Positions 40,964 to 50,993 of a stretch of DNA of 64,000 bases are shown in pieces. The DNA lies in the NCBI GenBank assembly GCA_965227515.1, contig CBDDFZ010000001.1, positions 1,312,001 through 1,376,000 on the forward strand, read 5' to 3'. The position numbers and the translations under genes were made by a program. A model generated the notes under the pieces. It was not told the origin of the DNA. It did not search any database and saw only the letters and a list, made by a program, of their open reading frames with translations. This DNA comes from Alphaproteobacteria bacterium. Lineage in GTDB: Bacteria > Pseudomonadota > Alphaproteobacteria > CALKHQ01. The number at the start of each line of letters is the position of its first letter. Position 1 is the stretch's first letter.

Positions 40964-41092
40964 CGCGGTGCCACCGCCGTCTCTCGGTGCCATCATCGCC
41001 CACTCATTCCCGTCTATCCGATTCGGCGCATCAATAGCGCATTCGGGCCGGCGGCGGAAACGCCGCATCGCTCTGTTGCGGGCGCAACCCGA

Positions 41093-44032
41093 TCAATTCT
41101 GCGCGGCGCTGACGGTCAGGTTGACGTCGCCGAAGAAGACATAGCTCAGGAAGGTCGGGTCGCCGGTCTCCGCGAACTGGGCGCGCAGGTCGCGCAGCAC
41201 CGCGGCCGGATGCACGTCGCCGCCACCGGCCGCCGGCATGGCGGCATAGAAATCGGCCGCGAACCGGGCCGCACTCTCATCGAACACCGGCCACAGCCCG
41301 CCGATGAAGCCGAGCGCGCCGGCATCCAGCACCGCGGGCGCCCAGCCGTCGACGAAGTTGGCCACATACTGGGTCTGGGCGACGTCGCAGGCGTTGAAGA
41401 ACACCAGCACGTCGTCCAGCACGGCGCTGCCGATCATGCCGCGCCACGACATCAGGTCGAGTTCCGCATCTTCCAGCGCGATCGCGAAGTACGGCACCGT
41501 CTGGCCGTCGCCGCGCACGACGCCGTGGCCGGCGAAGTGGATGATGCCCGCCGGCGCGCCGGTCAGCAGGCTGAAGACGGCATTCAAGGTGCCCGGCACG
41601 TTGCGGTAGCCGGGCATGGCGCCGATCGCCGCCAGCTCCACGGTCTGGTAGGACAGCCGGTCGGTGGCGTCATAGCTGGGCGCGACCGCCGCGATGGTGT
41701 CCAGGTGCAATTCCTGCGACGGGCGCGGGCGCACGATCTCGTCGCCGCCGACATGCCAGCGCGCGATCTGGAACTCCGCGCCCATATAGTTGCGCGCGTC
41801 GCCACCGCCGGGCGGCACCGGGCGCATCAGCTCCCACGGCAAGATCGGGTTGTTGCTGTAGACCTGGATGGTGGAGAGGTCGACGTCAGGATTGTCGATC
41901 AACTCCCACAGCGCCTCTTTGAACAGCTCGGGCGCGAACTCCTGGTAGAGCCGTTGGCCGAACCCGTCCAGGCGCAGGCGTGCCAACTGCACCTCGCCGG
42001 CGTCGGCGGACCCGTTCTCGGTCGGATGGGTGGCGCCGCGCGCCTGCAGGTCGCGGTGGCGGGCATCGACGAAGCCGCGATACTGCTCGCGCAGCCAGTC
42101 GGTGGTGGACGGCGGCACCTCGAACTCGCCGATCAACAGGCCCTCCAGATAGGGCGAGGCGATAATCACCTGGCCGCTGCCGAGTGCGGCCGGGTCGTCA
42201 TAGTCGATCCGCACCGTCAGGTCGGGCTGAAGCGTGAGCGCGGTCGGCGCGATCTGATTGGCGTCGACGACGGCGATCTGCTGCCCGCCGCCGTCGGTCG
42301 GCCCGTTCTCCGCTGGCACGGCGATTACCCGCGCCACTTCCGCCAGGAAGCTGCCGTCGTGCCACAGGGTGGCGCTGATCCTGGCCGTGGACTGCTCGGC
42401 CAGCGCATCGGTGGCGCGCAGCATGAACAAGGCCCGCGTGCTGTCGCCCACCGTGGTCAGTTGCACCGTTGCCGCCGGATCGCCGCCTTCGAACGCGAAC
42501 CCCGGTGCGTGCACCACGACCGAGATGTCCCAGACCGGATTGTTCGGGTCGTCGACCGGCAGGTCGAAGGTGAGCAGACCATCGTCGCCCACGGAGGCTG
42601 CGCCCGCTGAGATTTCCAGCGGTTCCGCGAATGGTGCGGTGCTGAGCCAGACCATCACCGGCACCAGGTCTCCCGGAGCAGCGGTATCGGGTGTCTGGAG
42701 CGCCGGATAGCGCGAAACCTGCTCGGTCACGGGCGGTGGCGGTGGCATCGGCTCGGCCTGCACGTCGGGCAGCGGCTCGGTCATATCGACGAAGCCCAGA
42801 ACGATGATGTCCTCGTCGGCGGCCATCGGTTCGTCAGCCGGCTCGTTGGGCACATCGTCGGCGCTCACAACAACGGGTGGCGACTGTGACACGGCGCCGG
42901 GCTGGCCGGTCTCCGTCGCGTCGGCGTCAACGCCCGGTTCTTCGTAGACCTCGGGCACCGGTTCGGCGACGGGGTCGGAGACGGCAGGCTCCGGCACCGC
43001 CGGCGCGGTCTCTGGCATTGGCGGCACGCGGCCGGTATCGCCACCGTCACCCGCTTCCGCCAGCAGCCCCACAACCTCTTCGCGCGCGAGGGCTGCGAGC
43101 GGATGGTCGGGGAAGAGCGCAATCAGCTCCTCCAGGATCCATCGCCGTTGTTCGGGGTCGACGCTCATTTGGGCCTGCAGGTACAGGTCGATCGCGCCCG
43201 ATGTTGGCGAGGGCGGCTGCGGCGCGTCCGGCGCCTGGTTCAGTACGATGGCGCCGTCGCCGGGTGCCTGGGCAGCGAACAGGTTGCTCCATGGCTCCTG
43301 GGCACCGTTGGTGGCGGCGATAACGTCGCTTCGCACCAGTTCCAGCAGCATATCCAGACCGATGCCCGGTGTTGACAGGTTCCGGAGCAATGCATTGGCG
43401 AAGACCGAGCCAGCGCCGTCGCCATCGCCCGCGCCATCGAATGTCACCATGTCGGGCTGGGCGGCCATCAGCACCGCGACGTTCGACGGTGCGGCGATCT
43501 GTGCGAGCCCGCGCGGCGGCGGCGCGCGATCCGGCCAGTCGAATATCCTCGGCAGTCCGGTCACGTTGGCGTCGACAAGCAACACACCTGCCAGGTCCGG
43601 CCGGTCGAACACCCGCACGACAGTCTCAAGCTCGACCGCCGTTGCGACGAGATCGGCAGGGTCGTTCACGTCGGCGCCGATCGGCAACAGATAGTTGCGA
43701 CCCTCCAACTGCACCGCGTGACCGGCGTAGTAGACGAGGCCGATGTCGGCCTCGTTCAGATTGGCGGAAAACGCTTCGATCCGAGAGAGAAGCTGGTCGG
43801 CGTCGGCATCCAGGCTGAGATCGACCTCAAACCCCAGCTCCAGCAGCACCACCGCAACGTTGGTGGCGTCGTAGGCCGGGTCCCTCAGCGGCGGCAAGTT
43901 CCGATAGCCGGCGTTGCCTATGACCAGTGCTATCCGGCGCTCAGCCGCCGTTTCGGCACCGGACGAGCCGGGCCAGCCGGCCCAGGTCATCAGCGCCGCC
44001 GCGATCACGGCGAGAAAACCGAGCGCGACCAT
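41093..44032 (-). CDS. Putatively exported protein: caspase-like (peptidase C14) domain + acidic linker + C-terminal CHAT domain; start uncertain (44032-44134)
   Basis: RRIALVIGN.GY...L..P..DA, YYAGH, DAN in place of DAC, QEPW; CHAT motifs ILPWEL, IIHFAGHG, VFFNAC, FIG.LWPV.D, Y.FFGD. Confidence 0.88.
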   Translation of the reverse strand: MVALGFLAVIAAALMTWAGWPGSSGAETAAERRIALVIGNAGYRNLPPLRDPAYDATNVAVVLLELGFEVDLSLDADADQLLSRIEAFSANLNEADIGLVYYAGHAVQLEGRNYLLPIGADVNDPADLVATAVELETVVRVFDRPDLAGVLLVDANVTGLPRIFDWPDRAPPPRGLAQIAAPSNVAVLMAAQPDMVTFDGAGDGDGAGSVFANALLRNLSTPGIGLDMLLELVRSDVIAATNGAQEPWSNLFAAQAPGDGAIVLNQAPDAPQPPSPTSGAIDLYLQAQMSVDPEQRRWILEELIALFPDHPLAALAREEVVGLLAEAGDGGDTGRVPPMPETAPAVPEPAVSDPVAEPVPEVYEEPGVDADATETGQPGAVSQSPPVVVSADDVPNEPADEPMAADEDIIVLGFVDMTEPLPDVQAEPMPPPPPVTEQVSRYPALQTPDTAAPGDLVPVMVWLSTAPFAEPLEISAGAASVGDDGLLTFDLPVDDPNNPVWDISVVVHAPGFAFEGGDPAATVQLTTVGDSTRALFMLRATDALAEQSTARISATLWHDGSFLAEVARVIAVPAENGPTDGGGQQIAVVDANQIAPTALTLQPDLTVRIDYDDPAALGSGQVIIASPYLEGLLIGEFEVPPSTTDWLREQYRGFVDARHRDLQARGATHPTENGSADAGEVQLARLRLDGFGQRLYQEFAPELFKEALWELIDNPDVDLSTIQVYSNNPILPWELMRPVPPGGGDARNYMGAEFQIARWHVGGDEIVRPRPSQELHLDTIAAVAPSYDATDRLSYQTVELAAIGAMPGYRNVPGTLNAVFSLLTGAPAGIIHFAGHGVVRGDGQTVPYFAIALEDAELDLMSWRGMIGSAVLDDVLVFFNACDVAQTQYVANFVDGWAPAVLDAGALGFIGGLWPVFDESAARFAADFYAAMPAAGGGDVHPAAVLRDLRAQFAETGDPTFLSYVFFGDVNLTVSAAQN

Positions 44033-44252
44033 GGCGCGGCGACGCGGTGCGGCGATCGGCGGTGCGATGAACACTCTTGCGCTCCCCAGGCAGTGGCGCG
44101 TGCGTTTGGAGCATATGATCGCACATCCGATCACACAAATGCGGCATCGCCGCGGCGCGCCTGCGGCCTGCTAGGCTCTTGCATCCTGACAGTAATGCTA
44201 TAGTTCCGGCGACGCACCAACGCGCCTGTCACCAGCTCATCGCGGAGGGGCC

Positions 44253-45632
44253 ATGGCCTCCTACGACTACGATCTCTTTGTCATTGGCGCCGGCTCCGGC
44301 GGCGTCCGCGCGGCCCGCATCTCGTCCGGCCACGGCGCGCGGGTCGCCATCGCCGAGGAATGGCGTGTCGGCGGCACCTGCGTGCTGCGCGGCTGCGTGC
44401 CGAAGAAGCTGCTGGTCTATGGCGCCCACGTTGCCGAGGAGTTGGAGACCGCCGCCGGCTATGGCTGGGACATCGAGGGCGCGCGCCACGACTGGGGACG
44501 GCTGATCGCCAACAAGGACACCGAGCTGGACCGGCTGAACACGGCCTACATCAACACGCTGGAGAACGCGGGCGTCGAGATCATCATGGGCCGGGCCACC
44601 GTCTCCGGCCCGCACGAGGTGACCATCGACGGCCGCACGATTACCGCCGGCATCATCCTGGTCGCCGTCGGCGGGGCGCCGTGGAAGCCGTCCTACGAGG
44701 GCATCGAGCACGCGATCACGTCCAACGAGGCGCTGGACCTGCCGCAACGGCCGGACTCCATCGTCATCGCCGGCGGCGGCTTCATCGCGGTCGAGTTCGC
44801 GGGCATCTTCAATGCGCTCGGCTCCGACGTCACCGTGGTCTACCGCCGCGACCAGATCCTGCGTGGCTTCGACGACGACGTGCGCGACTTCCTGGCCGAG
44901 GAACTGCGCAAGAAGGGCATCGCCATCCGCTATGGCGTGACCGGCGAGAAGATCGAGCAGGCCGGCGGACGCCTGCGCTATCACCTGAGCGACGGCACCG
45001 TGCTGGACGCCGACCGGGTGATGTACGCGACCGGGCGCCGGCCGAGCACCCAGGGGCTGGGCCTGGAATCTGCGGGCGTCACGCTGACCGAGGGCAACGG
45101 CGCGGTGGTGGTGGACGACGACAGCCGCTCGTCGGTGCCGTCGATCTTCGCCGTGGGCGACGTCACCGACCGCATCAACCTGACCCCGGTGGCGATTGCC
45201 GAGGGCCACGCCTTTGCCGACACCCAGTTCGGCAACCGGCCGCGCCAGGCCAACCACGCCAACGTGCCGTCGGCCGTGTTCAGCCAGCCGCCGGTGGGCA
45301 CGGTGGGGATGACCGAGGCCGAGGCGGGCAAGGCCGGCCACGCGGTCGATATCTATCGCTCCGAGTTCCGGCCCATGAAGCAGACGCTGGGCGGCGGTTC
45401 GGAACGCGCGATGATGAAGCTGGTGGTCGACCGCGAGACCGACCGGGTGCTGGGCGCCCACATGGTCGGCGCCGACGCGCCGGAAATCGTGCAGGGGGTG
45501 GCCATCGCCATCAAGTGCGGGGCGACCAAGGCGGACTTCGACGCCACCGTCGGCATTCACCCCACCGCGGCGGAGGAGTTCGTCACCATGCGCACCCCGG
45601 TACGTCGCGAGGACCGCAAGGCCGCCGAATAG
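44253..45632 (+). CDS. gor: Glutathione-disulfide reductase
   Basis: GAGSGG, GGTCVLRGCVPKK, GGGFIAVE, LTPVAI, IHPTAAEE. Confidence 0.96.
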   Translation: MASYDYDLFVIGAGSGGVRAARISSGHGARVAIAEEWRVGGTCVLRGCVPKKLLVYGAHVAEELETAAGYGWDIEGARHDWGRLIANKDTELDRLNTAYINTLENAGVEIIMGRATVSGPHEVTIDGRTITAGIILVAVGGAPWKPSYEGIEHAITSNEALDLPQRPDSIVIAGGGFIAVEFAGIFNALGSDVTVVYRRDQILRGFDDDVRDFLAEELRKKGIAIRYGVTGEKIEQAGGRLRYHLSDGTVLDADRVMYATGRRPSTQGLGLESAGVTLTEGNGAVVVDDDSRSSVPSIFAVGDVTDRINLTPVAIAEGHAFADTQFGNRPRQANHANVPSAVFSQPPVGTVGMTEAEAGKAGHAVDIYRSEFRPMKQTLGGGSERAMMKLVVDRETDRVLGAHMVGADAPEIVQGVAIAIKCGATKADFDATVGIHPTAAEEFVTMRTPVRREDRKAAE

Positions 45633-45919
45633 CCGCCGCTGTTACCTGCCGTTACACATCGTCACACGGCGCTGTCCGGTATCCGCCGCGCTTGGATACA
45701 ATTCGCGCGGGTTTTGACGAAAATGCCAATTACCTTTATTACAATATTAACCTTTTTCGCACCCCGCGCGTTCGCTAGCCTGTTTCCCGACGGTGATCGG
45801 TTGAGTGGCGGTTTCGGGGCGCGCTCTTATCGCAGCCCCGCTTCAGGTAGCGTCGCTCTTGCATGGTCGATCGGGGGACATGACCATGCGCCGGGGCCGT
45901 CAACCGCTGGGGGGCGGCG

Positions 45920-45959
45920 GCGGGAGGGGGCTGAATTGCCCCCTCCCGCACGTTTCTTT
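45920..45959 (+). terminator. Terminator-like hairpin in the gor-DAHP synthase intergenic region
   Basis: 12-bp perfect stem GCGGGAGGGGGC-TGAATT-GCCCCCTCCCGC followed by ACGTTTCTTT. Confidence 0.65.
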
Positions 45960-45986
45960 GACCCGATGAAAGTCTCACGACATTCG

Positions 45987-46002
45987 TTAACGAAAGATTA
46001 AC
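45987..46002. promoter_or_regulatory. CtrA-binding box
   Basis: TTAA-CGAAAGA-TTAAC, perfect consensus. Confidence 0.7.
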
Positions 46003-46170
46003 GGGCCGGCCAAGTGGCCTCGGCCCTGGATTCTTTCCGCACTTCGGCGTATATCAGCCGCCCGCACCCGCGCGGGAACGGCGGTTTTGCGCGCGGAAAC
46101 GATGAACGAACCTGATTGGGGGGAGGTGCAGCAGCACTAGGCGCTGCACCGAGTTTGAGGAGACAAGGTC

Positions 46171-47544
46171 ATGGCTGCACAATGGACGCCTCAGTCCTGG
46201 CGCGAAAAACAGGCGCTGCAGCAGCCCAACTATCCGGACGCTGCGGCCGTGGCGCGCGCGGAAGAAGAGCTGCGCAGCTTTCCGCCGCTGGTGTTCGCCG
46301 GTGAGGCACGCGCGCTGATAGGCGAGTTGGCCGAGGTGGCCGACGGCAAGGCGGTGCTGCTGCAAGGCGGCGATTGCGCCGAGAGCTTCGCCGAGTTCCG
46401 GGCCAACGACATTCGCGACACCCTGCGCGTGCTGCTGCAGATGACGGTCGCGCTGATGTGGGGCACCGGCATGCCGGTGGTGAAGGTCGGCCGGTTGGCG
46501 GGCCAGTTCGCCAAGCCGCGCTCCGCCGACACCGAGACGGTGGACGGCGCCGAGTTGCCCAGCTACCGCGGCGACATCATCAACGGCATCGAGTTCGAAG
46601 CGGCGGCGCGGGTGCCCGATCCGGAACGGATGATCCACGCCTACAACCAGTCGGCCGCCACGCTCAACCTGCTGCGCGCGTTCACACGCGGCGGCTATGC
46701 CGATCTGCATCAGGTCCACGCCTGGACCATGGACTCCCTCGACGGCTCGCCGGCGGCGGAACGCTTCGGCGAGGTCGCCGACCGCATTGCCGAGGCGCTG
46801 GACTTCATGCGCGCCTGCGGCATCGACCAGTCCGTCCCGCAGGTTTCCCAGGCCGATTTCTACACCTCGCACGAGGCGCTGCTGCTGCCGTACGAAGAGG
46901 CGCTGACCCGTCAGGACAGCCTGACCGGGCGCTGGTACTCGACCTCCGCGCACATGGTGTGGATCGGCGAGCGTACCCGCCAGTTGGACGGCGCCCACGT
47001 CGAATACGCGCGCGGCATCGGCAACCCGATCGGGCTGAAGTGCGGCCCGACCATCACGCCGGATGAGCTGCTGGCGCTGATCGACGCGCTGAACCCGGAC
47101 AACACGCCCGGCAAGCTGACGCTGATCGTGCGCATGGGCGCCGGCCGGCTGGAAGACCGGCTGCCGCAATTGCTCCGTGCCGTCGAGCGCGAGGGGCGCA
47201 AGGTGGTGTGGTCGTGCGATCCGATGCACGGCAACACGCTGAAGTCGAGCACCGGCTACAAGACCCGGCCGTTCGAGCGCATTCTGGCCGAGGTGCGCGA
47301 GTTCTTCGACGTGCACTACGCCGAGGGCACCCACCCGGGCGGCGTGCACTTCGAGATGACGGGCCGCGACGTGACCGAGTGCCTGGGCGGCGCCCAGGCG
47401 ATCACCGAGGAGCAGCTCGCCGATCGGTATCACACTCACTGCGACCCGCGGCTGAATGGCAGCCAGGCCCTGGAGCTGGCTTTCCTGATCGCCGAGCAAC
47501 GCAAGCGCGAGCGCAACGACGAGCGGCTGCGGCGCGCCTCGTAG
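46171..47544 (+). CDS. Class II DAHP synthase
   Basis: W.P.SWR...[46 protein letters not shown]. Confidence 0.96.
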   Translation: MAAQWTPQSWREKQALQQPNYPDAAAVARAEEELRSFPPLVFAGEARALIGELAEVADGKAVLLQGGDCAESFAEFRANDIRDTLRVLLQMTVALMWGTGMPVVKVGRLAGQFAKPRSADTETVDGAELPSYRGDIINGIEFEAAARVPDPERMIHAYNQSAATLNLLRAFTRGGYADLHQVHAWTMDSLDGSPAAERFGEVADRIAEALDFMRACGIDQSVPQVSQADFYTSHEALLLPYEEALTRQDSLTGRWYSTSAHMVWIGERTRQLDGAHVEYARGIGNPIGLKCGPTITPDELLALIDALNPDNTPGKLTLIVRMGAGRLEDRLPQLLRAVEREGRKVVWSCDPMHGNTLKSSTGYKTRPFERILAEVREFFDVHYAEGTHPGGVHFEMTGRDVTECLGGAQAITEEQLADRYHTHCDPRLNGSQALELAFLIAEQRKRERNDERLRRAS

Positions 47545-47601
47545 GCACGCCGCCCGATCCGCCGCGGCCGCGCCGCGACCCCACGCACGGAGGGCCTTGC
47601 G

Positions 47602-48753
47602 ATGCCCGACGACCAAGTTGCCGGCCCGCCGGTCAGCCTGTCGGACGATGACGTCCGGCGCCGCACCGACCAGTATTTCAATCGCACCAAGGAAACGATC
47701 GCCCGCCACGGCGACACCCAGGTGACCTACGCCATCTTCATGCGGCGCCCGGTGGTCTCCGCCTTGCGGCTGGCAATTGCGTTCCTGGAGGCGACGGCGA
47801 AGTCGCGCGGCACGTCGTTCGAGATCGAGCGCTGCCAGGACGAGAGCAAGTGGGTCGGCGCCGGCGAGCCGCTGATGTACCTGACCGGCTCGTTCTATCA
47901 CCTGGTCGATTTGGAGACGATCTACCTGCAGAAGATCGGCCCGCCGTGCGTTGCCGCCTACAACGCCTATACCATGTGCTCCGAATTGCCGAACGTGGCG
48001 TTCCTGGCCATGGACGCGCGCCACTGCGCCGGCCGCGAGATGGCCGACATGATGGCCTATGCCGCGTCGGTCGGCAGCGCGCGGGCGCAGCGCAAGCACG
48101 GCGCCAAGGGGTTCGTCGCCAATGCCAACGACGAGACCGCGCACTATTTCGGCCTGGAGCGCGGGCGGGGCACCATGCCCCACGCGCTGATCGGTTATGC
48201 CGGCTCCACGGTGCGGGCGGCCGAGATGTATCGCGAGACCTATCCCGACGAGGACATGGTGGTGCTGGTCGACTATTTCGGCCGCGAGGTCTCCGACAGC
48301 ATCGAGGTGGCGAAGCGGTTTCGCGACCTGGCCGACAGCGGCCGGCTTTCGGTGCGGCTCGATACCGGCGGTGGCCGGTTCTGCGAGGGCCTGGATACCC
48401 AGGAGTCCTATGCGGTGCTGGAGCGCAACGTGCCGGAGGCGATCCGCGGCTACCGCAGCGACGACGACCTGCGGCACCTGATCGGCACCGGCGTGTCGGC
48501 GGCGGCGATCTGGCACATGCGCGAGCAGCTCGACGCGGCCGGCTTCGGCCAGGTGAAGATCGTCGCCAGCTCCGGCTTCGGCCCGGCCAAGTGCCGGGTG
48601 ATGGCGATCGCCAATGCGCCCATCGATGTGGTGGGCACCGGCTCCTACCTGCCGGAGAAGTGGTCGGAGACGTATGCGACCGCGGATATCATCGAGTATG
48701 GCGGCACGCCACGGGTCAAGGTCGGGCGCGAGTTCCTGTTCCGGCGCGCCTGA
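47602..48753 (+). CDS. Nicotinate phosphoribosyltransferase-like protein
   Basis: TDQYF, LET.YL, MDARH, GTMPHAL, LVDYF, VRLDT, SSGF. Confidence 0.8.
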   Translation: MPDDQVAGPPVSLSDDDVRRRTDQYFNRTKETIARHGDTQVTYAIFMRRPVVSALRLAIAFLEATAKSRGTSFEIERCQDESKWVGAGEPLMYLTGSFYHLVDLETIYLQKIGPPCVAAYNAYTMCSELPNVAFLAMDARHCAGREMADMMAYAASVGSARAQRKHGAKGFVANANDETAHYFGLERGRGTMPHALIGYAGSTVRAAEMYRETYPDEDMVVLVDYFGREVSDSIEVAKRFRDLADSGRLSVRLDTGGGRFCEGLDTQESYAVLERNVPEAIRGYRSDDDLRHLIGTGVSAAAIWHMREQLDAAGFGQVKIVASSGFGPAKCRVMAIANAPIDVVGTGSYLPEKWSETYATADIIEYGGTPRVKVGREFLFRRA

Positions 48754-48759
48754 GCGCAG

Positions 48760-48800
48760 GCACATGAACCCGGGCACGTGAACCCGGACACTTAACCCGG
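48760..48800 (+). repeat. Three 13-14-bp tandem repeats
   Basis: GCACATGAACCCGG, GCACGTGAACCCGG, ACACTTAACCCGG. Confidence 0.8.
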
Positions 48801-48867
48801 TCTGGGGTCGCGCCGGCCTCGAGTTGCTGGCAAGCTGTGCCGGTCACCACGAAGCGAGGGGCCGGCC

Positions 48868-49086
48868 ATGCCGCTGATCGACATCCATGTGCTTGAGGGC
48901 GTTTTCACCCCTGAAGAGAAACACCAGCTGATCACCGAGAGCGCCAAGGTATTCGGCAAGGTTGCCGGCAAGCCGATGCAGGATGCCACCTCGGTGCGCA
49001 TCCACGAGGTGCCGAGCGGGTGCTGGGGCGGCGCTGATGCGGTGTGGACAACCGAACGCGCCCTGGCGCTGAAGGCCGGCACCTAG
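48868..49086 (+). CDS. 4-oxalocrotonate tautomerase-family protein
   Basis: N-terminal Pro (MPLI.I), EK..LI, V.I.EV..G.WGG; 72 aa. Confidence 0.88.
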   Translation: MPLIDIHVLEGVFTPEEKHQLITESAKVFGKVAGKPMQDATSVRIHEVPSGCWGGADAVWTTERALALKAGT

Positions 49087-50133
49087 AGCGGGATCGTTTT
49101 ATGCGGAAGCGTATCCTGCATTGACGATGTAGTTGTTGCATTCGTGTGGCTGGAACGCGTCGAGTAGTTTTCCGATACGCCGCCATGTGTCGTCGATGGT
49201 GCGCTCTGCGGCGCGCCTGAGCAGGTGCTTGAGCTTGGCGAACACCTGCTCGATGGGATTGAGGTCGGGGCTGTAGGGCGGCAGGAAGAGCAGCCTTGCG
49301 CCGGCTTGGCGCAGGGCGGCCCGTACGGCCTTGCCCTTGTGGCTGCCCAGGTTGTCCATGATGACGATGTCGCCGGGTTTGAGCGTCGGCACCAGGATTT
49401 GCTCGACATAGGCGAGGAAGGCCTGACCGTTAATCGGGCCGTCGAAGACGCACGGTGCGGTGAGCTGGTCGCAGCGCAGAGCAGCGAGGAAGGTCAGGGT
49501 GCGCCAGCGGCCGTGCGGTGCCTTGCCGACGAGGCGCCGGCCGCGCCGGCTCCAGCCCCGCAACGGCGCCATGTTGGTCTTGGCCCAGGTCTCGTCAATG
49601 AAGACCAGGCGGGCGGGATCAAGTTTCGCCTGATGACGCTTCCAGCGCGCGCGGCGCCGCGCCACGTCGGGACGATCCTGCTCGCTGGCGAACGCGGTTT
49701 TTTTTGAAGCTCAATCCCTCGGCATGCACAAAGCGCCAGATCGCGCCGTAGCTCACCCGGATGCCGCGATCGGCCAACTCGCGCTGCAAGGAGCGCAAGG
49801 GAAGGTGCGGCTCGGCAGCCAAACGAGCCTGCACGAAGTCGCGATGCGGCGCCAATATGATCCGCTTGTGGCCACCGACCTTGCCCGGCGCAACGCTCCC
49901 GGTGCGCCGATATCGCTGCGACCACTTCACAACCGCAGACACGCTCACATCGAACGCGGATGCCACAGAGCGAACCGTCTCACCGGCCATCACCCGGGCA
50001 ACAGCACGCTCACGAAGATCATTCGAATAGGGTCGACCCATCGCGCCAGCCTCCTCTCAAGACCAACACGTTGAATCAGATTGCCACCCGAGTCGGGAAT
50101 CCCCTTTCGATTCTTCCAAAAAAGACCCCGCTC
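49086..50133 (-). mobile_element. IS630-family insertion sequence
   Basis: Imperfect IRs GAGCGGGATC / GACCCCGCTC, TA on both sides (49084-85, 50134-35). Confidence 0.9.
49099..50041 (-). CDS. IS630 transposase, two ORFs joined by a probable -1 frameshift at an A8 tract (49698-49705)
   Basis: orfA MGRPYSNDLRER HTH; orfB FIDETW, MDNL..HK, LPPYSPDLNPIE. Confidence 0.9.
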
Positions 50134-50135
50134 TA

Positions 50136-50956
50136 AGGCCTGTTGAGATTCAGGATTCCTCTCCGTGCTTGGTTGTGATTCAAGCTTCGGATGGAACGAT
50201 TCGTACTGAGTGACGCCCAATGGGCGAAGATGGAACCCCATTGCTTGGGCAAGCCGAGCGATCCGGGCCGCAGTGGCGCTGACAACCGGCGCTTTGTCGA
50301 AGCCGTGCTGTGGGTGGTGCGTACGGGCAGCCCGTGGCGTGATCTCCCGACATCTTTTGGCCCTTGGAACACGGTCTTTAAGCGATACCGCGACTGGGTC
50401 AAAGCAGACGTCTTCGTGCGGCTGTTCGAGGCCTGCTTGGACGAGCCGGACATGGAATACGCCATGGTTGATGCCACCATTGTCAAGGTGCACCGCCACG
50501 GCCAGGGCGCAAAAGGGGGACTCAAAGCCAGGCCATCGGCCGCTCCAAGGGCGGGATGACGACGAAGATCCTCGCGCTGTGTGATGCGCTTGGCAATCTG
50601 GTGCGTTTCGTGCTCCTGCCCGGCCATCGCTACGATACGGTTGGCGTGCCGCCGCTCATCGACGGACTCTCCTTCAAGGCGATGATCGCGGACAAAGCGT
50701 TCGACACCAGCGCCATCGTTGCTGACCTCAACGAGCGCGGTGCCAAGATCGTCATATCCCAGCATCCGCGCCGCGCCAGCCCGCTGCAAATCGACGCCGA
50801 GATGTACAAATGGCGTCATCTGATCGAAAACTTCTTCTGCAAACTCAAAGAGTTCAAGCGAATCGCCATGCGTGCAGACAAAACCGACACAAGCTTCAAC
50901 GCCATCATCCATCTCGCAGCAGCTGTCATAAACTCGCGATGAATCTCAACAGGCCC
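50136..50956 (+). mobile_element. IS5-family (IS427-like) insertion sequence
   Basis: IRs AGGCCTGTTGAGATTCA / TGAATCTCAACAGGCCC, TA on both sides (50134-35, 50957-58). Confidence 0.92.
50191..50942 (+). CDS. IS5-family transposase, two ORFs with a probable -1 frameshift at AAAAGGGGG (50511-50519)
   Basis: LSDAQW, RTGSPWRDLP..FG.W.TV, VDAT; orfB TTKI, ADKAFD, YKWR.LIENFF.KLK.F.R.A.R. Confidence 0.9.
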
Positions 50957-50993
50957 TAGTCGGGCGGATGGCGCCGGAGACCGTCGAGCGCGC

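Noticed and set aside
45714-46001. 95-aa ORF or an aromatic attenuator leader for DAHP synthase
   Set aside because: TTG start without an RBS, it runs through hairpins, and no short Phe/Tyr/Trp-rich leader with an antiterminator is visible.
49099-50942. IS630 and IS5 transposases as frameshifted pseudogenes
   Set aside because: The breaks fall on slippery tracts (A8; AAAAGGGGG) at the usual positions for programmed frameshifting in these families, and the IRs are intact.
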